Shown: in pieces, positions 12,586 through 24,265 of the stretch
How positions within the stretch are numbered: position 1 is the first letter of the stretch
Layout of the letters: every line of letters begins with the position of its first letter
NCBI GenBank assembly: GCA_035221665.1
Contig: CM069153.1
Location: 40,920,001 to 40,984,000, forward strand
Direction: 5' to 3'
Origin: Okamejei kenojei
Taxonomy: Eukaryota
DNA: 64,000 bases
Made by a program: the position numbers and the translations under genes
Notes under the pieces: generated by a model
The model's input: the letters and a program-made list of their open reading frames with translations, nothing else
What the model was told of the DNA's origin: nothing
Databases searched by the model: none

Positions 12586-13499
12586 TACTTATTAAAAGTC
12601 TGATCTTGTACATGTATGTATGTGTGTGTGTGTATATGTGGTTGTCTTTACATCTTTGCAAAAACACTGCATGGTAACGATTACATTTTTACATATTCCG
12701 ATTGACAAATTTCCCCTCAAGGCTAGGATCACCTTAGCTGAATATTTTATGCTTTTTCTCGATTCATGAATGTCTAAAAAATTCAAAAGACTTTGAAATT
12801 AAAACAACCAGCTTCAACTGATGACGTCACAATGGCTCGACTAGCAGTGATCAAATTCACTGAAGATTTCATCCTACATTTGAAACTTTATTCGTGATTA
12901 AAGCTTTAAAAATGCCAACTTTCACAAGATTTTTACATATACTGATTCACATTTTCCCCTCGGCCGAGATCTCCCTCACTGAACATTTTATGCTTTATTT
13001 CTCGACTTATTACTGATTAAAAATAACTAAGTTTAAAAACAACAAAATACTTTGAATTTAAAACCGCCAGCTTACACTGATGACGTCACAATGGCTCAGC
13101 TGGCAGTGATCATCTTCACTGAAGATTTCATCCTATATTTGACACATTCATGGTTGAAGCTTTAAAAATGCAAAGTTTCACAAGATTTTTACATATTCTG
13201 ATTCACATTTTTTCCCACTCTAGGCAGAGATCACTTTTATGCTTTATTTCTCGACTTATTACTGATTAAAAATAACTATGTTTTTAAAAAAAATCTAAAT
13301 ATTTTGAATTTCAAAACAACCAGCTTCAACTGATGACGCCACAATGGCTCAGCTAGCAGGTGGAGAGCGAATTGCTATTGCAACACGCAGGGCAGGTACA
13401 ATTGGATTGAGTTGGAGGACCAAGCCTCCCGTGGGGGCTATGGGTAGGGAACGGGTACGTTGGGAGGGAGCAGACCCAATGGGTCTGCAATTGGTCTAG
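12586..13499 (+). mobile_element. Non-autonomous Helitron B, directly abutting A
   Basis: The 5' end ...ATTAAAAGTCTGATCTTG resembles the start of A. Hairpin GCAGACCC-AAT-GGGTCTGC (13470-13488), then CTAG|T at 13496-13500. Confidence 0.8.
12685..13357. repeat. About 255-bp tandem repeat, about 2.7 copies, inside Helitron B
   Basis: ACTGATGACG(T/C)CACAATGGCTC at 12817, 13076 and 13329. Confidence 0.9.
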
Positions 13500-15574
13500 T
13501 TTTAAGTTAAAATGGTCAGAATTATATTGGGGCATATCTTCTTCCAAATAGGAAGAAGTGATCCTTGGTGATCATATTGGCTGGCATGTTAAGAGAATCA
13601 AATTTTGTTGCTCTGTGAATGTTCTATTCAATACGGGAAATACCCGGGTAAACTGATATGCACTAATGTGTTTCACTTTGGGATATATAATGTCTTGGCA
13701 AAATGTTGAATGTGGTGTAATTTAAGGCATTTCTATTCAATCAGTGCAACCTAAAGTATTCAACGTATTTAGATGCTAGTTTAACTAGTTTCATTCCATG
13801 ACACACAGTGCTTGATGCCTGCCGCATTCCCTTGTCACAAAGGCTTTGTGCATGGTGCAAAATGTTGTATAAGAAGGAATTGCAAATGCTGGTTTAAACC
13901 AAAGATTGACACAAAAAGCTGGAGTAACTCTCCAGAGATGCTGCCTGTCTGATGGAAGATTTAGTACTGAATGTTTTGTGGATTTGTCAACAATTTACCA
14001 TTGGAAATAATTGGATTTGGTCACAGTTTATGCATAAATAATTTTGTTATTTCTCCACCCAATTCATATGATGACATTTATTAAATTCACTCAAGAACAG
14101 ATTAGATATGTTATTACTAAATGAAAGCTCACTGACATGAGAAAGTAAAAGGAAATTGCTATGTATCTTAGCTGAAATTGCCAAAGCCCATCCAGGCAAA
14201 ATAGCATGAGCAGCTTGACACTTCCCAAAGCAAAATAAGTAGTTGCTGGTTTAATTGCATTTTGGAATTTGCTTCTAGTTCCAAAATACTCCTCTAAGTT
14301 TAATAATGCTATACAAATGCAATTACATTCTGCGTACGGAATTCTGTATTCTTATGTGCCACATAATATGTTCAATGACCTTTAATAGTATTACGAATAT
14401 CATGCCAAACGTCGCCTACATTCTTGAGATCAGTATTAAACTAAAATCTTCACTAGACGAGCCGCCCACATGCTGTAGGGATGTGAACACCTCGGATTAT
14501 AGGTGTGCAGCAACCAGTGACTCGCCACTTGACCCCATGACGTCAATCTGCCGTGTACAAGGCACAAGTCAGGAACATGGTGGAATACTCTCCACTTGTC
14601 TGCAGGGTACCAATCCCAATGACACAACATCCAGGATAAAGCAGCCTCCTTAATGAGGAAGACATCTGACCCCCTACCCAAAACATGCCCACTTGCAAGC
14701 GATAACTTAGATGAAAATATAATGAATTTAACACTGGATTAGAAAAATATGTGCTATAAAAGTACATGGAATAAATAATTGATGAGTTGTATCCCATTCC
14801 TCAGGGTGGAACTGTGCCTGAAGCAAATTAAAATCGTACAATAGCTTTATCAGAGGGGTGGCTCAATTTGCTAGATTGAGATGGTCATTGATTAGATAGC
14901 ATCATGACATCTGAAAGTACAAATCTTTTCATCCTCTGTGTACTCCTCTGTTGGTATCAAGCATCCTCACCTGGTGAATACAAGTCAAGCCAGCAGCGAT
15001 TTATTTTGAGGTGGCTTGAAGAAATATCGTTTTCCCTATTTTTGGAGACTTGCCTTTTCTGCAGCTGTTACAGGAACATGATTGTGCATGTTTGTTTCTA
15101 TATCTTCTCTAGAGCCATTCTGGTTTCTCAATAAGCTGACTTTTTCAATAATAGTTGGAACGTTTAAAAGTGTGTGGCTGGTTCTACTGGCATGATAAGA
15201 ATAGAAAAATCCAAAGTTAATTTTTGAAATGTGTAGCTGTTAATTACAATAGCCTGAAAACTGACAAATGTTTTGATTGTTTTGTTTATTTGCTCAGATT
15301 TTTTGTTTGTTTTCTTGTATTCATATATCATACTCCACCTACTAAACTCTTGTGTAAATCATTATTTTAATGTTCAGAATCAAATTTGATTCAGAATATC
15401 ACTTCATTTGGTACAGCATTCAATATGTTTAAACAATTGGTATGCACGGTAGTTGGGAAGCAGTTCACATGTAGATGATGTTGGAGAGACTAAACTCTTA
15501 TTTTTAATGCATTTTTTGTCGTTTGTACAGTTTAAAATCTGATTTTGCTTTACTAGAGAAGCACAACAAGCATT

Positions 15575-15790
15575 TTAGGCCATAGGGGAATTTTACGATC
15601 ACTTGAGAGTATTCATAGTCTTGGTTTTAGAGACCCTCCAAAAGATTGAATATTCTAAAAATTTGAATGCTCTGCAGTGCAGCCCTCCCGCAGCATGCAC
15701 TGAAAAGCCATCTTAGATTATGCACACAATTCTTCGAAGTAGAGCTCAATACCACAGTGTTCTTGCCCACAGAGATGAGACTGACGTGAC
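15575..15790 (-). mobile_element. Ancient DeuSINE (SacSINE1/AmnSINE1-like) remnant
   Basis: Resembles the recalled Deu-domain consensus (GCCAT.GG.A.TTTTACG..CAC.TGAGAG...CAGTGCAGC.CTCCC.CAG.A.TGCACTG...CTAGATTATG). Similar relics near 33190-33370 and 55710-55850. Confidence 0.5.
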
Positions 15791-15998
15791 AGTGCATTTC
15801 CTTTTTATTCCATTTTCATGTTTTTAACTGGTGGATTTTGTCAGTTTAGCAGCACCATGATGTTTCATTAAGTGCCTCTAGTACAAAGTACAGTAGAAAA
15901 AATATTCTGGTTGGTTTATCATTAGTGATTCTGTTTAAAAGTGAAATTAATTGCTCAATGCACATCTGGATAATCCAGATTGTATATTTTATGACAAG

Positions 15999-16090
15999 GT
16001 AGACACAAAATGCTAGAGTAACTCAGTGGGACAGGCAGCAACTGGAGAGAAGGAATGGGTGTCATTTCGGGTCGAGACCCTTCTTCAGAC
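15999..16090 (-). mobile_element. Solo Penelope terminal repeat
   Basis: Minus strand GTCTGAAGAAGGGTCTCGACCCGAAATGACACCC; stem III and the cleavage triplet are mutated. Confidence 0.8.
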
Positions 16091-17657
16091 GGATAATTTT
16101 CTGACAAAATCATGTGCCTTATGGGTCTCTACTTTATCCTTCAGGACTACATAGGTGATATGTAAAACGTGTTTAGACAGTCTTGGCCAGATTTCTTGCT
16201 AAAATTTAAATGCATATAATTAAGCATAAGCTAATGGGTATATTTCATGGAGAATTACGAATTGCTTTTATGGGATATATTTTGAATGCATGTACAATGC
16301 ATTTTATAAAGTGGAGAAAACTTATTTTGCTTACTTTGTGCTCATGTACAAAAAATGATGTATTTAAGTGCAGGAAAAATAGGAATCACGGACAATTAAT
16401 TATTTTTTAAAAAAAGGTTAATGAGATTAATAGAGGTCTAGTGGCTGACACAATTGTCAGGGTTGGAGATGACTTGGGACAAAAAGGGTGCAGTTTTTAG
16501 AGAAAGCAAAAGTGATCTAAGCAAGGAATTTGTGCAGAACTAAACCTTCACCATTGGTGACTATAAATGCTTAGAAGGTGCAAGGCTTTGGAAAGAAACG
16601 CAAGGCTAAATTATATTGCAACGATAGGTAGTTGGGCCAAAGCCACAGAAGGATTTAAAGATGAAGAAGGTTTAGAGTACTGAAATGAAGTATAAACAGC
16701 AAATTAACAGGGCATGCATGTATTCAGTTATGCTGGGAACAAGAAAAATCTCAGCCAAAACATTTAAATGAGCTGATTCTTCCTTTGAAAGTTGCACAAT
16801 TTGCATGAAAAGGAACCATTTCTGAAGGTCAAAAAGAAGAGATCAAATTAAAAGTGGTTGCAGTTTAAAAGAAACCAATGCAGGGAGTATCGAAACAAGG
16901 AAGTGGGTTATTAGTGCCTGCATATACCTCATCTAAGCTTCATAACAATACCTGTGCTATGTTATGTACAGCTTCATTTGATCAGCTGATTGCTGAAATA
17001 ATTTATTCTCATCACATGCAGAGGGAAACATTGTAAGCAATTATAAAGTAGCAATCTTTCTGTCTCATTCTCCCTATATATAACCTTATGGGCTTGTTAT
17101 TCGTGGATTTAAAGCTCGCTAGTAACTTGAACATGTTGACATTCATGAGAAAATTGCTGTGTCAACAAAATATTACTGTAAATTAACAGTTAAGAGATCA
17201 CATCTGTGCAAAATCAATAGTGCTTGGGAAAGTAATAAAATATTCACAAATTTTGGGTCAAATATTAAAATGTTTTAAATCTTGCTAATTTTATCATATC
17301 CACTTGGATAAAGTAGTATTTTGACATCTCATTTAAAACAATTCAAGCGTAGTCTGTTTTAAAGTAACTTCATTTTGTTCCACGTCGATTGACAAAACCT
17401 GAGCTGTCTTTGACAAAAGCGCAGTCATGATAATGCTGGTGGAAGCCATGGCTATTTCCAGTGGAAAGGTAACTTGACTGGAGTAAAATGGTTTTGCTCT
17501 TTTCATTTTACTGTCTGGATGTGAATGCACTCTTAATCTGCGATTCATTTTGTTTTTTATAGCAAGTGGAAGTCAACCCATTTGGATCAGTTTGTTCAGT
17601 AGAAAGCACAGAATAGCTCATTGCAATTGATGATTAATTGACTCCAATATACAAAAA

Positions 17658-18267
17658 TATAGGAGCAAAGAGCTCCTTCTGCAATTGTATAGGGCCCTAG
17701 TGACACCACACCTGGAGTATTGTGTGCAGTTTTGGTCCCCAAATTTGAGGAAGGACATTCTTGCTATTGAGGGAGTGCAGCGTAGGTTTACAAGGCTAAT
17801 TCCTGGGATGGCGGGACTGTCATATGCTGAGAGAATGGAGAGGCTGGGCTTGTATGCTTTGGAGTTTAGAAGGATGAGAGGTGATCTTATTGAAACATAT
17901 AAGATTATTAAGGGTTTGGACACGCTAGAGGCAGGAAACGTGTTCCCGATGTTGGGGGAGTCCAGAACCAGGCCCCACAGTTTAAGAATAAGAGGTAAGC
18001 CATTTAGAACGGAGATGAGAAAATACTTTTTCTCACAGAGTTGTGAGTCTGTGGAATTCTCTGCCTCAGAGGGCGGTGGAGGTAGGTTCTCTGGATACTT
18101 TTAAGAGAGAGCTGGATAGGGCTCTTAAAGATAGCGGAGTCGGGGGGATATGGGGTGAAGGCAGGCACGGGGTACTGATTGGGGATGATCAGCCATGATC
18201 ACATTGAATGGTGGTGCTGGCTCGAAGGACTGAATGGCCTACTCCTGCACCTATTGTCTATTGTCTA
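17658..18267 (+). mobile_element. CR1 LINE 3' part (second family)
   Basis: ORF 17685-18104; near-identical to 1828-2450 with the same tail. Confidence 0.93.
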
Positions 18268-18439
18268 ACTTATATTCAAAACATATTTGGTCCTGATTTT
18301 ATGACATTTGATACTAAAATGTCAGCTTTCTTTAGTTCAGTTGATGCACTGATACATAGAACATTGAACAGAACAGGAACAGGCCCTTTGGCTCACCATG
18401 TCTGTGCCGAATGATGCCAAGTTAAATTAGTTCCTTCCA

Positions 18440-18668
18440 GGGTACACAAAATGCTGGAGAAACTCAGCGGGTGCAGCAGCATCTGTGGAGCGAAGGAGAT
18501 AGGCAACGTTTTGGGCCAAAACCCTTCTTCAGACTGAGTCTGAAGAAGGGTTTTGGCCCGAAACGTTGCCCATCTCCTTCGCTGCATAGATGCTGCTGCA
18601 CCCGCTGAGTTTCTCCAGCATTTTGTGTACCCTCGATTTTCCAGCATCTGCAGTTCCTTCTTTAACAC
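18440..18668. mobile_element. Penelope-derived inverted (head-to-head) terminal-repeat element with hammerhead core
   Basis: About 95-bp arms centred on 18536; exact 13-bp TSD TTAGTTCCTTCCA (18427-39 / 18669-81); CTGAAGA...GAAACGTT. Confidence 0.85.
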
Positions 18669-19043
18669 TTAGTTCCTTCCACCTGCACATACCCATATCC
18701 CTCAATTCCCTGTATTTCCATGTGGCTTTCTAAAAATCTTTTAAATTATACTATCATATCTGCTTATCATATCTATTGTTTTAGATTCTTAATTTGTGGG
18801 CATATTCCACCATTAATGCACCAAATTCACCTCTAAATGTCGTATATTGCTCAAACTTCGCCCTGCTTTATATTTAGGTCCTAAATCAAAATTCACAGCC
18901 AAAATGGAACAGATTTTTTTCGGACAGTAATTTAATTTGTTGAAATCTAATTACAACTTCAGTAATTTAATTCAATTGAACGTGTGCAAAAACAACCTGT
19001 TTTTTTTTTCGACACATGCCTGGTGAATTGAAAAACATTTTTA

Positions 19044-19128
19044 TAACCATATAACCATATAACAATTACAACACGGAAACAGGCCCTCTCGGCCCTTCCA
19101 GTCCGTGCCGACCATTTGTTTTCCCCTA
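19044..19128 (-). mobile_element. Young CR1, 85-bp extreme 3' stub
   Basis: TAACCATATAACCATATAACAATTACA...TTTTCCCCTA, same as the other copies. Confidence 0.9.
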
Positions 19129-19149
19129 AAAGCTAGTTTATTTTTTATT

Positions 19150-19450
19150 TTTTAGAGATATAGCACAGAAACAGGGCCTTCGGGCCACTGTGTCCACGCT
19201 GAACAGCGGTCCCCTGTATGCTAGCACGATCCCACACACAAAGGGATAATTTACAATCTTTATCAAAGCCAATTAACCCACTAACCTGTACCCTTTGGAG
19301 TGTGGGAGGAAACCGGAGCACCAGGGGAAAACCCACGCGGTCACGGGGAGAATGTGGGCACGGGGAGAATGTACAAACTCCGTATAGACTGCACCCATAG
19401 TCAGGTGACACTGTAAGGCTGCAACTCTATTGCTACGCCATCGTGCCACT
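19150..19450 (-). mobile_element. tRNA-derived HE1-like elasmobranch SINE
   Basis: Minus strand GTGGCACGATGGCGTAGCAATAGAG head, TGCAGTCTATACGGAGTTTGTACATTCTCCCCGTG core, CR1-type tail. Confidence 0.85.
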
Positions 19451-19994
19451 CTTCAAAGACACAGATTAGACTCGAACCCACAATCCCCAGCTCCCTAGGC
19501 TGATGCCTTACCCTTTAAGCCACTGGGTCACCATTTTTGGTGGAAGTGAATGCAGAAAATGATCTTTACTCCAACATGCATGAGAATTTGGTGCTGGATT
19601 GGCAGATTTTCCAGAAGATTAGATGTTTTTTCTGATTAATACTGCGGCACATTTTTATTTAATTTTCTTTTTAGATTTATAGATTAGCATGGGTAAGTTC
19701 CAGTGAACCCAGAGTTTTAAGGGAGCCTGGGATCTGGTGAGTTTCAAAGATGTATGTGTAACCTTGCATTGTGAGTCAGATGCTGAACCATTGGTATTTT
19801 CAAATAGCAGATTGTCAAGAGTTTTACTCTAGCTAGATTTAGGAATGAGTTGATTTCAGCCTGATATTACACGCTGAAATAAAATGACCTGAAAGGCTAC
19901 AGTAGGGCATCTTAATGACTCTAATTGATTTAAGGCATTTATACAAGCAGTAGTACAGTAAACTTGAAATACTGCAAAAATGATATTATGTTAT

Positions 19995-20415
19995 CAGGTT
20001 TGAGTTGCAAGGAGAGGCTGGATAGGGCAATTTCCCCCCCCGGAGTTTAAATGGTTGAAAGGTAACTATATGGAGGTATATAAAATTGTAAGAGGTATAG
20101 ATAACGTGAATAACCAGTCTTTTCCCCAAGGTAGGTGTGTCTAAGATTATAGTCCCATAGATTTAAGGTGAGAGGAGAAAGATTTAAGAGAGTCTCGGGT
20201 TTCACACCATGGATGTGTACGGAATGAGCTGCCAGAGGAAGTGGGAGAGATGTTGCCTTCATGACATTTAAAAAACATTTGGACAGATACGTTAATTGGA
20301 ATGCATGGAGGAATGGAGGAATACGAGTCAGGCAAGTGAGGTGAGCTTTGTCGAGCAATTTGGTCGGCAGGGACAAGTTGGGCCGAAGGGCATGTTTCCA
20401 TGCTGTGTAGCTCAA
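19995..20415 (+). mobile_element. Old CR1 3' fragment
   Basis: MEVYKI.RGID...RFKVRGERFK...WNELPEEV followed by a CR1-type 3' UTR. Confidence 0.7.
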
Positions 20416-22077
20416 TAACTCCTTTTCTTGGCTCTCGCATGCCAAATTGTTCCATCACAAAGTGTTGCTTAGTCTAACTTTATGCCCAACAGAAATAAAA
20501 GTTGAAAAACACATTTTCTGATTTGGGATTTTAATTCATGATGCAATGCAATCACTTTGCAAATTGAGTATCACAGAATTTGATATGGGAAAACTAATTA
20601 AGAAAATATCAGTGGAGATGGGACCGAGTTACCACAGCTTAGTTACCAATATAATATTCTGTATAAGCAGAAAAAGGATGCTATTGCATTGAAAATTTTA
20701 ATCAATTGAGTCAGTATTGCCTCTTAAAATGGTACATGAACCAAGTTTCTTCTGACTCCAAGGTGAGAGTGCCACCAATTAAATTTGGCATTTCTTTTGT
20801 GAATGCTCATACAAATAAAATACCATTTTGATGCAGTTCTTAGTCAAAAGAAGCATTTTCAGGGACTGTGAAAGTAGCGGAGAGCAGAGATGAAAATCCA
20901 AAACAAACATCTGTCTTCTTACCACCAACTAAACTTCCCTAATTCATTGTGTAGTAAAAAAGATTTGAAACCGTTATTATGCTGTGCAATACTATGTATT
21001 GATGATTGATGCGCTGTAGGTATTTGATTGTTGTGGGGCATCTATGGAGACAGAATAGGTTTTATCAGGTGATATATATATGTCAGGTGACATTATTTTT
21101 CTCCATCGATGCTGCCTAATATGCTGAATAGATCAACAACTTTTTCAACTTCAGATTTCAAGCATAATATTTTTTGTTTGACTTGTTTTGTAATGCACAT
21201 CAATCTGAAAGTTTAAGAATACATCAAGTATTTTATGCCATTTAATTTTGCTGAAACCTGTTAAGTATTTCCAGCATTTTGTTTTTATTCCAGTCTTATT
21301 GCGTATGCATGAGTATAAACAGAAATTAAATATTTATAAATGGTGACAGTAAACAATTAAATAAGTAAGATTATCACCAGTTTGAATGGAAACAAGATAG
21401 TTAAAGCAGCTGTGAATGCCAATTATGATTATCTTTTGAGGCAATGTATTTTTATTTTTGTAGTTGGTCATTTGTGTTAATTCATTTAAGACAGTTGCAA
21501 GCAGTTGAACAAAATCTTGAAGACAAATAAAGTAAGCTTTTAAAACTAAATTGCTTTTCAAGAGTAGGATTTGGTGATTGTTATGCAATCAATCCAATTT
21601 AATTTTAAAACTACCTTTTGAAGTGGAAAATTTAGGATAGAAGTTCTCAATAACATGGAAATTAGTTCGCATCTAAGTCAAGTTCATTTGCCGGAGAATC
21701 AGTGTAAACATTTTGCAAAATCTCTGTAGTCTTTAAAGGAAAGACTACTTCAAACTCTTGATTTCTGATGATAATTGCTTGTTTTTCAGTGTTACGATAA
21801 TGATCCTATCATTTCCTGTAAATGACGGGTGGAGCACCTACCATCGTCTGATGCAAATTGGATGCTTCTACTTCATCTTGTAGAACAATTTTATTGCGGG
21901 ATTGCAGTGGTCAATTTGAGGACAACTAATATTACAATGATGTTCTGATTCCAAATAGGCACCATTCATAAGTTAGACTTAGTTTCTGTGGTTACATTGT
22001 TTGACGCCATGTAAAATCAAGGGTAGCGCAGTTTTGTTCAGCAAGTAGAGCTTCTGCCTCACAGCTCCTGCGAACGT

Positions 22078-22500
22078 GAACAGGAACAGCACCTTGTATT
22101 CTGCTTGGGCAGCTTACAATGCATTGGTATTAACTTTTAAATCTCTAATTTTAGATGACCCCTCCCTCCTTGTTTTGCTCTCCCCTCTCTTCCTTGTGCC
22201 TCTTCCAGATGTGCATTCATTTTCCCCCACTCTCGGGCCCCCTTTCCTGTTCCTTCCGTCCTTCCACCTCTATTCCTTTGGCGTCACATTTCACTCTTCT
22301 TTCCTTATCTTACAGTTTTGTCTCCTTTTAATCTCTAGCTTTTTCCATCTTTCTCCCATCTATTAGAACCAGTCTGAAAAAGGGTCCTGACCATAAATGT
22401 CAACAATCCATGTCTTGTAGAGATGCTGACAGATCCGCTGAGTTATTCCAGCAGTTTGTTGTTTACTCAAGATTCCAGCATTTGCAGTTCTTGTGTTTCT
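22078..22500 (+). mobile_element. Penelope-like element 3' end, decayed
   Basis: EQHLVFCLGSLQ, a pyrimidine tract, and degenerate CTGAAAAAGGGTCCTGACC. Confidence 0.7.
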
Positions 22501-23400
22501 ATGGATGCTTTGCATGGACTCTGTGGAGCAGCTTCCATGTCCATAGATCTAAAATGTGCACGATGCAAATGTGACAGAAATTGAACCAGAATTAGACCGA
22601 CACAGCAGCATTGAAATATTGTATGAGGAAGGATATTTTAATCATAAAAATCTTTAATCATCCAATTACTTGCCGATTCTGGAAATCCATTCTCTTTGGT
22701 CGTTGTTGGTTCTAAAATTCCAGGTATTCAGTCATAAATTTGCAGTTTAAAAAAAAAACTCTATCTGCCTCAGTTAATTGTTTCACAATTAAGGTAATTT
22801 TTCAGATTTGTCTTTCTCATCCGTCAAGTTCCTCCTTTCCTGATACTAACTGCAAAATTAGAATGAAAGTAAACCTCTATTTAAAGTTATTCCCTTAAAT
22901 CCCATCTAAAGTTGGTTAAAAATATATGCATGGGGTCTGTGTGTGTGGTATGCCTTCATTTTAGCAGATTATGTTTATTATCCGATTACTTTGCATGCTT
23001 ACATTGAATTTTCTTGAGTTTCATGGTGTGAAAGTGTCCATTGTTATGGTCTTTTATGGAATGTATGAATTAGGAGCAGAAGTGGGGCACTCAGCATCTT
23101 GGGTCGGCTGTACCATTCAATAACATCTTATTTGATCTGATTATAATCTCATCTCTGTATTTCCGCTTCTCCAGCTTTTTCCAGATCCTTCCCCTCCCGT
23201 TTGCTTGTGAATATACTCAAAAGGCCTTACTTCATTTGAGAGAGAGTTTTGTCACTCAGAAATGCCTAATTTCTCTTTAATGGGTAGTCCCTTATTTTTA
23301 TATCGTAACTCCAAGTTCTAGTTCTCCTACATGAGGAAATCTTCTCTGCCAAATCCCCCTGGGAACTTAATATTTCACTCAGGCTTGCTCACTTCTACCG

Positions 23401-24265
23401 ATCAATCAATCAATCAATCAATCAGTTTTTATTCATCACATACACAGTAAAGTGCAGTGAAATGAACTTGCCAGCAGCAGTACAATCAAAAAAGAACACA
23501 AACATCCACCACAGCCTTCTTCACTGTGGTGGAAAGCACAAAGTACAGTCAGTCCTCCTCCATTGTTCCCCCGTGGTCGGGGCCATAAACCTCTGCAGTC
23601 GTTGCTGCGGGCGGCCAGGTGTACAGGCCCTCTCGTCGGGACGGTAAATCCCGAATCGGCGCTTCCCTACCGGAAACCGCGGCTTCAGGACGTTGTAGGC
23701 TGCAGGCCGGCAGTCGGAACTCTTCGGGGATCTCCGGCGAGGGATCCCCCTCCAGATGTTAAGTCCACGCTGTGCCCGCAGCTAGAAGCTCTGCAGACCG
23801 CGGCTTCAGAATGTTATCGGCCGCAGGCCGACGATCAGAGCTCTTCTCTGGCGATCCCTAATGAGGGGTCCCAGACTCCGGACACCGCGCCTGCGGCTAG
23901 AAGCTCCCCAGACCACGGCTTCAGGATGTTATAAGCCGCGGGCCAGCGATCGGAGCACTCCCTTCTGGCGACCCTGGCAAGGGCTCGCCCGCTCCGCGAT
24001 GAGAAGCCCATGCTGTGCCCGACTCCAGGAAGTGCCGCACCAATCCATGGTGTCAGGCCGCGAGGGAGGCAACCTGGAAAAAGTCGCCTCTCTGTGGAGG
24101 AGGCGACCAAAACCGGTTTCCCCCCTTCCCATTCCCTCACCACCCCCCACACAAGACACACCAATAGACATTAAAACACACATTTGGACACACAAAAAAA
24201 CCCAAAAAGAGTAGAAATGACAAACACGCTGCTGGCTGGGCAGCCAACCTGCAGCGCCCCCACTG
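23401..24265 (-). mobile_element. GC-rich non-autonomous non-LTR element with (TGAT)n tail
   Basis: (ATCA)6 at 23401, then TTTATT and a LINE-type 3' end; GC-rich body; 5' end CAGTGGGGGCGCTGCAGGTTGGCTGCC. Confidence 0.7.

Noticed and set aside
14306-14653. 115-aa ORF
   Set aside because: Overlaps a decayed LINE fragment (VYKAQVRNMVEYSPL in another frame).
17353-17470. Possible cryptic GNA13 exon ending GAAAG|GTAACT
   Set aside because: Weak acceptor and no similarity to G-alpha sequence.
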